Source: Rickettsiales bacterium (GTDB lineage: Bacteria > Pseudomonadota > Alphaproteobacteria > Rickettsiales > UBA8987). Taken from it: a DNA stretch of 34,664 nucleotides. Every line of letters begins with the position of its first letter. Within the stretch, counting starts at the first letter, position 1. The DNA is taken from assembly GCA_035909535.1 (NCBI GenBank), contig JAMHZE010000046.1:1-34664 (forward strand). The letters are read 5' to 3'. Below the pieces are notes generated by a model. The model did not search any database, had not been told where the DNA came from, and worked only from the letters and a program-made list of their open reading frames with translations. Shown one piece after another: positions 17,117-25,759 of this stretch. The translations under genes were made by a program, and so were the position numbers.

Positions 17117-18736
17117 TCATCTACCTATACCGCCACGCACTACCTTACCGGCAAAGCTTGAAGCTCCGGTAACACCATGCATAACAAAATTTGTCGGCCT
17201 TTCTACTATAGTGCCTATGCCGGCACTGCCAGCACCCATCATGCTGTCCATCATCTCTGGAAGTTTCTTCACAAGCGATGCCAAAACAACCATCAATATC
17301 ACCACACCAAGCTTCATAGCCATCAGGCTGTTCACATCTTTCTGGTAAAGATCGTATCCTTCCGGGCTTATGCCGTGGGTAAGAACCTGAAGCGGATTAC
17401 CATTTTCATCCACCCGCGTTATATCTTTATCAAGCTTAATGGCAAATATGGAGATATCACAATTACCTTTCTTTTCTTTGTCTGCGCCCTGTGCAGGAGT
17501 AGCCGAGCCGGAAGCCACAAGATTTTGATATACTGAGCTACCCTGCATTGCAGAGAACATTTGCTGGGTGCTCATTCCTGAGAATGAGTTAGCTCCGGAA
17601 AGCCCGATACAATCGAACAACTTGGCCTTCATACCGGGCTGACCTGATGTATTACTGTACTTATTATGTACTTTTTCATAATACCTGCTGAAATCTTTCG
17701 CGACAGGTTGCAGTATCACCAGTATCACAAACAGGAAGCCCGCAAATACTACCGGCTGTATAGTATAAACAAGCAGCAGGTTGAACCACCTTGCCGTTAT
17801 GCCTGAGGTCTGCTGGAAGAACATACATGCGAGCATTAAAGGTGTGAAGGCAGCCAGAATATTTATCATTACCGCCACTACTATGAAATAAAGCGCCAGC
17901 TGCGCCACGGCAAATAGCATAACAGTAACATAGGTTAGTATTATAGCGCCCACCATGGCACCATATGTGCCCACTGCTATAAGCCCCATACCAAGCACAA
18001 CTATCCCTATGAACAGGCTGGAGCCTTTATCGTTCGCTGGTATCTCTGCCTCACTCGCCGGTACGCCCATCAACTTAAGCAGTATAACATCCAGCTTGTC
18101 GAATATATCATTACCCGTAGGGCATTGCAGCACGCCTGCCGTTTGTGGATTATTATCGAACATGCCGGTAAAGCTTGGGATATTGGTATCTCCTGTTGAG
18201 GTGCATATCATACTGGATATGTCGTCTACAAAGGATGAAAGGAACGCCATGAAGCCGGATTGACCATTTTCCGGGATTATCATTATACTTCCAGACATGG
18301 TTTGCGGGAACATTATCAACCCGTTCTTGATCTGCTGCATGTACCAGTAACCCTGTGGGCTACAGAAGAACAGCGCCACCACTATTTTTACTATAAGCAT
18401 AGTGGTAACACCATGATGCTTAGCTGACCCCATTAGCATGCGTATACCATGTGCCATGATGGCAAGTATCATGGTGTAGAATACAACATTGGCAAAGAAC
18501 CTGGTGAACACGTTTATAATACGGTCGCCGCCCTTGTTTATCACTTTCTGCGCGCATCTGATAATATTACTTACAGGACGCTTGAGGACGAGCTCTGAAT
18601 TATTGGGATCCTTCACCGCCTTGGAACAAATGGTGCTGAATTTTGATGGCGGCTCTGCAGGAGGTGTTTGCGCGGATGCAACCGCCGGAACAAACAGCGT
18701 AAACAAAAGCATTATATGTATGACCAGCAACCTCAT
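17117..18736 (-). CDS. VirB6/TrbL-like type IV secretion inner-membrane protein, paralog 2
   Basis: 539 aa. Signal peptide MRLLVIHIMLLFTLFVPAVASA|Q, multiple TM helices, and the shared motif PLMLACMFFQQTSGITARWFNLLLVYTIQP. It starts 4 nt after the stop of paralog 1. Confidence 0.75.
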   Translation of the reverse strand: MRLLVIHIMLLFTLFVPAVASAQTPPAEPPSKFSTICSKAVKDPNNSELVLKRPVSNIIRCAQKVINKGGDRIINVFTRFFANVVFYTMILAIMAHGIRMLMGSAKHHGVTTMLIVKIVVALFFCSPQGYWYMQQIKNGLIMFPQTMSGSIMIIPENGQSGFMAFLSSFVDDISSMICTSTGDTNIPSFTGMFDNNPQTAGVLQCPTGNDIFDKLDVILLKLMGVPASEAEIPANDKGSSLFIGIVVLGMGLIAVGTYGAMVGAIILTYVTVMLFAVAQLALYFIVVAVMINILAAFTPLMLACMFFQQTSGITARWFNLLLVYTIQPVVFAGFLFVILVILQPVAKDFSRYYEKVHNKYSNTSGQPGMKAKLFDCIGLSGANSFSGMSTQQMFSAMQGSSVYQNLVASGSATPAQGADKEKKGNCDISIFAIKLDKDITRVDENGNPLQVLTHGISPEGYDLYQKDVNSLMAMKLGVVILMVVLASLVKKLPEMMDSMMGAGSAGIGTIVERPTNFVMHGVTGASSFAGKVVRGGIGR

Positions 18737-18740
18737 ATAC

Positions 18741-20927
18741 CTAACTTACCGCCTTTGTAAGCCTGTTAGTGGCTATGTTATAAAGATTGACCGACTTTGA
18801 TATGGAACCTTCTCCCACGCCAACAAGCTTTTCACCGAACTCCATCACGTTCCTCATGAACGCAAATGTTATAGTAAGAGTAAGGAATATTATTATCAGT
18901 GCCTGCATAAAGCTGATATTTGAACGGAATTCATTACTGCTCATCTCCTTCTCGGCAGCTACAACCTTCTCCAGCACGTCATCAATATCACTACCACCTG
19001 CTATAGAACCTATGCCGGAACCACTCATTCTTCGCTGAGATTTTTCTATAGACCTAGGGAGGTTGGCATTCAGGTTATCATAATTACCAACGTTAGATAT
19101 AAGCATCTGGTGACGGTTTGAACCAAACGTACCTACGGCACCTATCAGCGATGCAAAACGGAATGACGGCAGAGCTATTGTTTGCATGCTTGCACCAGCA
19201 TTGCTTATATTGAAGCCTGATTGCAGCACCCTGTCACGCAATGCGCCGGTTGCTTCTGTTGCTGCGCTGCCAAAGGCACCGGAACCACGATTGACCAGGC
19301 TCCATTCCATGCCGCTGTAATCATTGCCTTCCCATTGCGTACCTAAGGCCAGCATATCTGTACCGGAAAGATCGCTTATACTGCCTGAAGTTTGCGCCAT
19401 TATACGCGCAGCCTCTTCCGGACCTTTATAGCCCTTCTGATATATCTCGCCCAGATTCATCTCTACGAAGCTAAGTGATTTGCCGTTGGCGTTAAGCGCC
19501 TTATACCCCATCATGTACTGCAACACGAATATCATGAATGTCATATATGTAAGCAATATCGCTGGCTGTATAGAGTAGGCAAATAATAGCTGTACCCAGG
19601 TCTGGAATATCTTCTGGGTATATTTGAACAATAGACACGGAAGTATAAGCGGCGCTAAAAGACCTAGTATAACTATGGCAAATAAAGAGGTTATGTATAC
19701 TAATGCCGCCTGAGCAAACGCAAACATCATAAGTATTATAACAAAGAAGCCTGTAATGAACAGTACGATACCAAGCGTAGGTTCACTTGATACCAGACCC
19801 ACTATAATGACTATAAGCGAGAAGGAAAGATAGGCTGACTGCCTATCGTTTATCAGCGGACGCGCCATCTTCCTGAAATCATCTACGCTCATGCCCTGAA
19901 ATCTTTTCATGCAGCCATCTTTTGTCATTTCTACCCCTGCCAGGAATGCCTGTATGTCGCCATCGCTGACGCTGCCATCTGTAACATTGGGCAATGTAAA
20001 TCTATAGCGCAGATAACAGTAGGGGTCTGTTGCCATATCGCCGAACGGCAGTGATGCCGCGCTATTGGTGTACTGATAACTGGTTGCAGCATTGTTATTG
20101 TTGAGAATGGCGCCTGTTACACCGCTGGTAATTGCCTGTACGCTGGCTTTCTTTCCTACCTGATCATCAAAGAACTGCCCCGCCTTTACCACTACAGGAT
20201 GCGCCCCTATAAGATAGGCTATTAGACAATCCATCCTCTGCCATATTGTATATCTCTTTGGCACCTGATTGCTGCCAATATTGAATAGCTGAAGCTTATT
20301 GTCATAGTCACGAGGGCCATAGCAAAGATACTTTGCACGATTGTAATTATTTGGCTGGGATGTGCTGGTTGGATTCATCTGCCCTGAACCTGCATTTGCC
20401 AGCTCGTCCGCCGGGGTGGTGGAATACAGCGCCGCCGTTGATACCGCCATAAACTCTGCCTGCAACCCGACAAAGAAATCTATGAAATCCCGCATTCGCA
20501 TGGAGTTGTTAACATAAGTAATGAAGAAGCACATTATCACTACCGTCATTACCTCGCCCTTGACGTTCTCTACCACATTCAGAGAAAGCCTTAATCCGAA
20601 CAGCAAGAGATAAAGCGTTATCGCGCCGTTGGTAAGCATAGAGAACTTGTAGTGTAAACGCGTAAGGGTAAGATATACGGAATCTCGCGAGACCATATTT
20701 GTAACGCATTTTACTATCTTATTTATGAACCCAGGATATGGAGAACAATTCTGGGTAACCAGAGGCATGTCCTTAGGGTTCATTAGTAGTGTAGGATTGC
20801 CTTGCAGGTAGCTAGCTACTCCTTGTACGGTTATGTTGGGAAGCTGTATATTGGCATGAGCAGATTGTGCCGCACCGAACAGTGCCAGAGCTAACAGAAC
20901 AAAAACTATTTTCCCCGCTATTCTCAT
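18741..20927 (-). CDS. VirB6/TrbL-like type IV secretion inner-membrane protein, paralog 1 (enlarged, about 728 aa)
   Basis: It carries the shared motif PLILPCLLFKYTQKIFQTWVQLLFAYSIQP, a TM-rich core, a large N-terminal loop and a C-terminal hydrophilic region of about 200 aa before the last TM. I prefer the ATG at 20927, which overlaps the virB4 stop as ATGA and gives a clean signal peptide MRIAGKIVFVLLALALFGAAQSAHA|N. The start at 20966 in the ORF track would overlap virB4 by 43 nt. Confidence 0.75.
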   Translation of the reverse strand: MRIAGKIVFVLLALALFGAAQSAHANIQLPNITVQGVASYLQGNPTLLMNPKDMPLVTQNCSPYPGFINKIVKCVTNMVSRDSVYLTLTRLHYKFSMLTNGAITLYLLLFGLRLSLNVVENVKGEVMTVVIMCFFITYVNNSMRMRDFIDFFVGLQAEFMAVSTAALYSTTPADELANAGSGQMNPTSTSQPNNYNRAKYLCYGPRDYDNKLQLFNIGSNQVPKRYTIWQRMDCLIAYLIGAHPVVVKAGQFFDDQVGKKASVQAITSGVTGAILNNNNAATSYQYTNSAASLPFGDMATDPYCYLRYRFTLPNVTDGSVSDGDIQAFLAGVEMTKDGCMKRFQGMSVDDFRKMARPLINDRQSAYLSFSLIVIIVGLVSSEPTLGIVLFITGFFVIILMMFAFAQAALVYITSLFAIVILGLLAPLILPCLLFKYTQKIFQTWVQLLFAYSIQPAILLTYMTFMIFVLQYMMGYKALNANGKSLSFVEMNLGEIYQKGYKGPEEAARIMAQTSGSISDLSGTDMLALGTQWEGNDYSGMEWSLVNRGSGAFGSAATEATGALRDRVLQSGFNISNAGASMQTIALPSFRFASLIGAVGTFGSNRHQMLISNVGNYDNLNANLPRSIEKSQRRMSGSGIGSIAGGSDIDDVLEKVVAAEKEMSSNEFRSNISFMQALIIIFLTLTITFAFMRNVMEFGEKLVGVGEGSISKSVNLYNIATNRLTKAVS

Positions 20928-23323
20928 TCCTCCTCTATGACCTTTTTCCTGAATATAGGCAGCCATACTTCCGGATCGTCACCAACCTCTGCCCTTATCT
21001 TATCTAGTATACGTATGGTATCTGCGCGCGCTGAAAGCACCTCTATGAGGTCTCTCATACCGCCAAGATCTATACGCGCCACAACAGAATCTTCACCCTG
21101 CTTCACAAGGAAATAACGCGAGCCCGGATCTGTGTATTTTATCAGCGCGAACTCGCGGTTGGAAAGTTTGAAGACATCCTGATAAATGGAAGTTGCCTTC
21201 ATGTTCGCAAGGAATATCTGGGTCGCAGTTTGTTGTACCAGCGTTTCGCTTATCTGGCTTTTGAAAACATCTTCCGGGCTTTGAGTAGCAAATATTACCA
21301 TGCCGTTAAGCTTACGAAGTACCTTCAGCCAGTTCTTTATCTTTGGAGCAAATACCGGGTTATCAAGCAGCGCCCATGCTTCGTCTAGCACTATCATTGT
21401 AGGCGTACCGGTAAGGGTCATGTTAATACGGTGGAAAACATAAAGCAGAACAGGGCCAAGACAATCAGGAACCTCCAGTATCGGAGCCATTTCAAAACCA
21501 TGAACTTTTTTGCCGGTAAAACTCAGCACATCTTCATCATTATCAAAGATACCGCTTCTTGCTTCTCCGCTGTGCCAGATACGCACACGGCTGGATATTG
21601 ATCCAGGCTTATCCAGACCAAGGAATGGAACTATATTTCGCAGAACACGTTTTTCGAACGGTAGTTTATAGTTACCGTTTATAGCCTCTACAACTCTCTC
21701 TCTTTCTTCTGGAGTAAGTTGGTATCTGCCTGATTCTGTACAGAGCGCACTGAGCCATTCCAGCAGGAATTCACGGTTCTCGGAGTTATCTTCCAGCTTC
21801 AGTGGGTTGAAACCCATTTTTGACGAAGGATCCAGAACAGTGTATGTTCCACCTATGGCGCGGATGAGTATTTCGGCACCACGATCCTTATCGAACATGA
21901 ACATATCGGGGCTGTATTTTTGAGCCTGTGCCGCAAGAAAGCCAAGAAACACCGTCTTACCGGCACCCGTTGGACCGATTATCATGCTATGGCCAACATC
22001 GCGCACGTGGAAGTTAAAATAGAACGGCGTGCCAGAAGATGTATCAAGATTGGTTACAGCATGTCCCCAATGATTGCCGTTTATTTTACCATAAGGATAA
22101 TTATGAAGCGGGCAAAGGCCTACAAGGTTAAGCGTGTTTATTACAGAAGGGCGTGCGATATAATCAAAGTTGGTAGGAAGCTGCGCCCAGAACGAACCTT
22201 GCAGGGTAAATGTTTCCCGCGAAGGAGAGATGTTAACGTTCACCATTTCGGAGTAAACATCAGAAAGCTGGGAATCCAGATCTTCCAGATTTTCGTTATA
22301 AACGAACACGGACATGTGGTGCTTACCGAACGCTATCTCGCCGGACTGCGCCATATCCATCGCCATAGTAAGCTGCTCCATCTGGGATATAGCTTTATCC
22401 TTGGAACTTCTCATACGGTTCTGCTGCAACTGCATGGAAGTGATCGCCGCGGAACGATTACTGAAATAATACGCATGTGAGATTATCATCTCGAACGGCA
22501 GCTGCAGAAGTTTGTCCAGCATACCGGCATGGGTGAATGGAGGATATTCTTTGATTGATACGGCACCACCAAAACGGCTCTTGCCCTTTTCATCACGCAA
22601 TTCCAGCGCACGCTTTCCGAAATATATGCGCTGCTTTGAAAGGTAGCTATCTGCATTATTTGTTGGCACAAGCATATTACTGTACACGCCGCCATTAAGT
22701 ACGGTGCCGAAGAATTCGAATACCTCAGAGTAACTTCCCTTCTCATCTTCTCGTATACCGAGAAGCTTTGGCCTGTAAGATTTGAGAGAACCAAGCAGAC
22801 GGCTTGCTATCTCCCTTAAGGATTTTGTAGCCTCTTTCAGCTCGATATCTTTGGCATCTTTGTCACCGGCTTTTGCTACCGCGCTGATAAGACCAACCGT
22901 TTTACCGACCGTGTTATCAGTATCTTTTTTATAGATGACCGTAACGTAAAGATCGTTCTTGAAGCTTATTACGTCCTTGTGTTTATCCTGCCATTTCTGG
23001 TTCAACTCTGCACAGAAACTATTTGAGAAATCACCGCCGACAGAAGAGAAATCTTTCTTACGGACAATGTGGAAATAAAGCGCGTAGTTACCACCGGATA
23101 TCGACTTGAACAGAGTGTTCAATATCATTTTTTTTGTATCGAGCTCTTCATCGTCTGCGGTTTCAAAAGAAAAGCCCTGAACCCTTATAGTGAGCATCAG
23201 CTCATCATTCTTAGTGATGATTATGTTCTCATCCCAATGGCCTTTGAACGGTATATATTTAGCCTGACTTATCTCTGACTTGCCAACTACCGCCTTAAGC
23301 GTCTTTCTTCTTAACAACTTCAT
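20924..23323 (-). CDS. virB4: Type IV secretion system ATPase VirB4
   Basis: 799 aa. Walker A IIGPTGAGKTVFLGFL, Walker B MIVLDEAWALLDN, and the typical N-terminal …YIPFKGHWDENIIITKNDELMLTIRVQGFSFE…. It lies immediately downstream of virB3. Confidence 0.95.
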   Translation of the reverse strand: MKLLRRKTLKAVVGKSEISQAKYIPFKGHWDENIIITKNDELMLTIRVQGFSFETADDEELDTKKMILNTLFKSISGGNYALYFHIVRKKDFSSVGGDFSNSFCAELNQKWQDKHKDVISFKNDLYVTVIYKKDTDNTVGKTVGLISAVAKAGDKDAKDIELKEATKSLREIASRLLGSLKSYRPKLLGIREDEKGSYSEVFEFFGTVLNGGVYSNMLVPTNNADSYLSKQRIYFGKRALELRDEKGKSRFGGAVSIKEYPPFTHAGMLDKLLQLPFEMIISHAYYFSNRSAAITSMQLQQNRMRSSKDKAISQMEQLTMAMDMAQSGEIAFGKHHMSVFVYNENLEDLDSQLSDVYSEMVNVNISPSRETFTLQGSFWAQLPTNFDYIARPSVINTLNLVGLCPLHNYPYGKINGNHWGHAVTNLDTSSGTPFYFNFHVRDVGHSMIIGPTGAGKTVFLGFLAAQAQKYSPDMFMFDKDRGAEILIRAIGGTYTVLDPSSKMGFNPLKLEDNSENREFLLEWLSALCTESGRYQLTPEERERVVEAINGNYKLPFEKRVLRNIVPFLGLDKPGSISSRVRIWHSGEARSGIFDNDEDVLSFTGKKVHGFEMAPILEVPDCLGPVLLYVFHRINMTLTGTPTMIVLDEAWALLDNPVFAPKIKNWLKVLRKLNGMVIFATQSPEDVFKSQISETLVQQTATQIFLANMKATSIYQDVFKLSNREFALIKYTDPGSRYFLVKQGEDSVVARIDLGGMRDLIEVLSARADTIRILDKIRAEVGDDPEVWLPIFRKKVIEEE

Positions 23324-23344
23324 TCAAACAACCTTGCTATCCCT

Positions 23345-23653
23345 CTAGTATAGATCATAAGAGCAGGTATTGCCGTGGTAAAATCTGTTCACGCAAGTAG
23401 GTACGGTCTTTGCGTAGATCATGAATATTTCCATAAAACGCGGCTCATAGGCACTGATGTAATACCCCACCAGATGTACACCCACCATACCGAATATAAG
23501 ATGCAGAAAACTTTTGGTGTTGATATACACCATCATCCACAGCATTACGTTGGCCAGCGCATAAGTGTACGGAACGCCGAATAACATGGATGGCCTTGTA
23601 AGCGCAAGGAAGAGCGGATCTCTCTGGACATTACCTAATTCTTTATTGGCCAT
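23345..23653 (-). CDS. virB3: Type IV secretion system protein VirB3
   Basis: 102 aa. …DPLFLALTRPSMLFGVPYTYALANVMLWMMVY… is the conserved VirB3 motif followed by TM helices. It ends 21 nt upstream of virB4. Confidence 0.9.
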   Translation of the reverse strand: MANKELGNVQRDPLFLALTRPSMLFGVPYTYALANVMLWMMVYINTKSFLHLIFGMVGVHLVGYYISAYEPRFMEIFMIYAKTVPTCVNRFYHGNTCSYDLY

Positions 23654-23713
23654 AATCCGCTGCCTTTATAATAAGTTAAAATGATTGATTTAAGCCATTT
23701 TGGCCCTATTCTG

Positions 23714-23742
23714 ATTATATCATAATATATAGAAACAATAAA
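23714..23742 (-). promoter_or_regulatory. Putative extended -10 promoter for the virB3 operon
   Basis: The minus strand reads TTTATT-(17 nt)-TATAAT with a TG one base upstream of the -10 hexamer (TGATATAAT is the reverse complement of 23714..23722). It lies about 60 nt upstream of the virB3 ATG in a 118-nt AT-rich divergent intergenic region. Confidence 0.3.
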
Positions 23743-23771
23743 ATATTTTATTAATAATTAGTTAAATTTTT

Positions 23772-24467
23772 ATGGAAAGAGAGATAATACTCGACACGGA
23801 AACAACAGGCCTTGATCCTGCGGGTGGACACAGGATCATAGAAATAGGCTGTGTTGAGCTTGTGAACAGGCTTCCAACGGGTCGTAACTTCCATGTTTAT
23901 ATCAATCCTGAGAGGGATGTTCCGGCTGAGGCTTTTGCCATTCACGGCATAAGTAGCGAATTTCTGGCCGATAAACCTAAATTTCCTGAAATAGCACAGC
24001 AATTTATTGATTTTATTGGAAAATCAAAGCTGGTGATACATAACGCCGATTTCGACATGAAGTTCATCAACCATCATCTTTTTAACAACAGGATGAAGGA
24101 TATTCCAAAAGATCAGGTTTTCTGCACTCTTGTACATGCGCGTAAAAAATTCCCGGGGCAACATAACAGCCTGGATGCACTGTGCAAAAGATTCGGCATT
24201 GATAATTCCCACCGCGAAAAACACGGCGCATTACTGGATGCCGAGATTCTTGCCGATGTTTACATGGAGCTGATGGGCGGCAAACAGAATACTATTGAGC
24301 TTGAACAGAAAAAAAAAGAGCGCTCCGTAGAATCAGAAATATCCGCACCCGTCGTTAATTTTCAGTCGCGCAGTTTTCCTGTTTCTGAGGATGAAAAACA
24401 GAAACATGCAGAGCTTGTTGCGAAAATGAAAGGCCCATTATGGGCTAAGATGGAAGCAAAAAACTAG
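23772..24467 (+). CDS. dnaQ: DNA polymerase III epsilon subunit (3'-5' proofreading exonuclease)
   Basis: 231 aa. ExoI ILDTETTGLDP, ExoII …LVIHNADFDMKFIN… and ExoIII …HGALLDAEILADVYMEL…. Confidence 0.95.
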   Translation: MEREIILDTETTGLDPAGGHRIIEIGCVELVNRLPTGRNFHVYINPERDVPAEAFAIHGISSEFLADKPKFPEIAQQFIDFIGKSKLVIHNADFDMKFINHHLFNNRMKDIPKDQVFCTLVHARKKFPGQHNSLDALCKRFGIDNSHREKHGALLDAEILADVYMELMGGKQNTIELEQKKKERSVESEISAPVVNFQSRSFPVSEDEKQKHAELVAKMKGPLWAKMEAKN

Positions 24468-25759
24468 TTCTTTTCCATGCGCAGTTTTACAGAAAGTGCG
24501 TGCGCGCCAAGCTTTTCTTCTTCAGCCAGACGTACAGCATGACGGCCAACTTCCGCTATACCTTTTTCAGTACATTTTATCATTGAAGTACGCTTAAGGA
24601 AATCCAGCGCGCCCAGACCTGAGGAAAAACGTGCAGTGCACATTGTAGGCAGAACGTGGCTTGGACCTGCGATGTAATCTCCCACCGCTTCCGGCGTATA
24701 CGCGCCAAGGAATATTGCACCGGCATTTGTTATCTTGCGTGATATTGCTTCCGGGTTGCGGGTGCATATCTCTAAGTGTTCTGCCGCGATACGATTGGCG
24801 ATTATGGTAGAATCCTCTATATCACGCACTATCATTATCAGCCCGTTATCCTTCAGGCTTTTCAGCGCAATGTCTTTTCTATCCATGCGCTCGAGCAGGG
24901 CTTCTATCTCTTTCTGCACCTTCTGGGCGAATATCTCGCTATCTGTTATCAGGAAGGAACGCGCATCGCTATCGTGCTCGGCCTGAGAAAGGAGATCGGC
25001 AGCTATCCAGCGCGGATTGTTATCACTATCTGCTATAACAAGTATTTCAGATGGACCGGCAACCATATCTATGCCAACCCTGCCGAATACCTGGCGTTTT
25101 GCTTCTGCAACATACGCATTGCCAGGGCCGACTATCTTGGAAACAGCATCTATACTTTCAGTGCCGTATGCAAGGGCAGCAACAGCCTGCGCACCACCAA
25201 CCTTGTAGATCTCTTTAGCTCCGACCACACGGGCAGCAACCAGAACCACAGGGTTAAGTATGCCATCTGGAGCGGGAACGGTTATCACAATTCTTTTAAC
25301 ACCGGCAACCAGCGCAGGAACCGCGTTCATTATAACCGAGCTTGGGTAAAATGCCTTGCCGCCCGGCACATACAGGCCGACAGACTCAACCGGATTCCAC
25401 TTCCAGCCTAGGGTGAAGCCTTGATTATCATCATACTTCTCGTTCACCGGCATCTGCCTTTCGTGATAGGCACGCACGCGCTGAAAGGCCGTTTCTATGG
25501 CCTGCACGAGTGCGGGATCACACTCATCATACGCTTTGTCCATCTCTTCCCGTGTGATGCGGATGTTATCTGCGTTAACATCGAACCTGTCGAATTTTTT
25601 GGTGTATTCGAACAGGGCTTTATCTTTATTCTTGGCTACATCTGCAATTATCTGGCTCACTGAAGAAACAACTTCCGGCGAAGATATACCATCTCCGGCT
25701 ACCAGCTCATCCAGCTTCTCAAAAAAACCGTCATCGGTGAATTTCAGTACCTTCATCAT
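24464..25759 (-). CDS. hisD: Histidinol dehydrogenase
   Basis: 431 aa. …VGLYVPGGKAFYPSSVIMNAVPALVAGV…, …GGAQAVAALAYGTESI…KIVGPGNAYVAEAKR…, …SQAEHD… and …GDY.AGPSHVLPT…. Confidence 0.95.
   Translation of the reverse strand: MMKVLKFTDDGFFEKLDELVAGDGISSPEVVSSVSQIIADVAKNKDKALFEYTKKFDRFDVNADNIRITREEMDKAYDECDPALVQAIETAFQRVRAYHERQMPVNEKYDDNQGFTLGWKWNPVESVGLYVPGGKAFYPSSVIMNAVPALVAGVKRIVITVPAPDGILNPVVLVAARVVGAKEIYKVGGAQAVAALAYGTESIDAVSKIVGPGNAYVAEAKRQVFGRVGIDMVAGPSEILVIADSDNNPRWIAADLLSQAEHDSDARSFLITDSEIFAQKVQKEIEALLERMDRKDIALKSLKDNGLIMIVRDIEDSTIIANRIAAEHLEICTRNPEAISRKITNAGAIFLGAYTPEAVGDYIAGPSHVLPTMCTARFSSGLGALDFLKRTSMIKCTEKGIAEVGRHAVRLAEEEKLGAHALSVKLRMEKN

Noticed and set aside
21920-22480. Other long antisense ORFs: 21920..22480 (in virB4), 24776..25411 (in hisD), 29071..29673 (in nuoN), 31993..32517 (in nuoL), 11167..11703 and 11713..12171 (in aroA), 3814..4245 and 3318..3683 (in the Q-rich gene), and 17177..17536, 17955..18263 and 18489..18800 (in the virB6 paralogs).
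   Set aside because: All lie opposite well-supported genes, none has a recognisable domain, and their compositions are atypical. I treat them as shadow ORFs.
13576-23771. The T4SS region as a recently acquired genomic island or integrative conjugative element.
   Set aside because: There is no integrase, relaxase, tRNA attachment site, flanking direct repeats or IS elements. By eye the base composition and codon style are not different from the flanks. The genes are joined by gaps of 21 nt or less to core metabolic genes. This looks like an old, chromosomally fixed locus.
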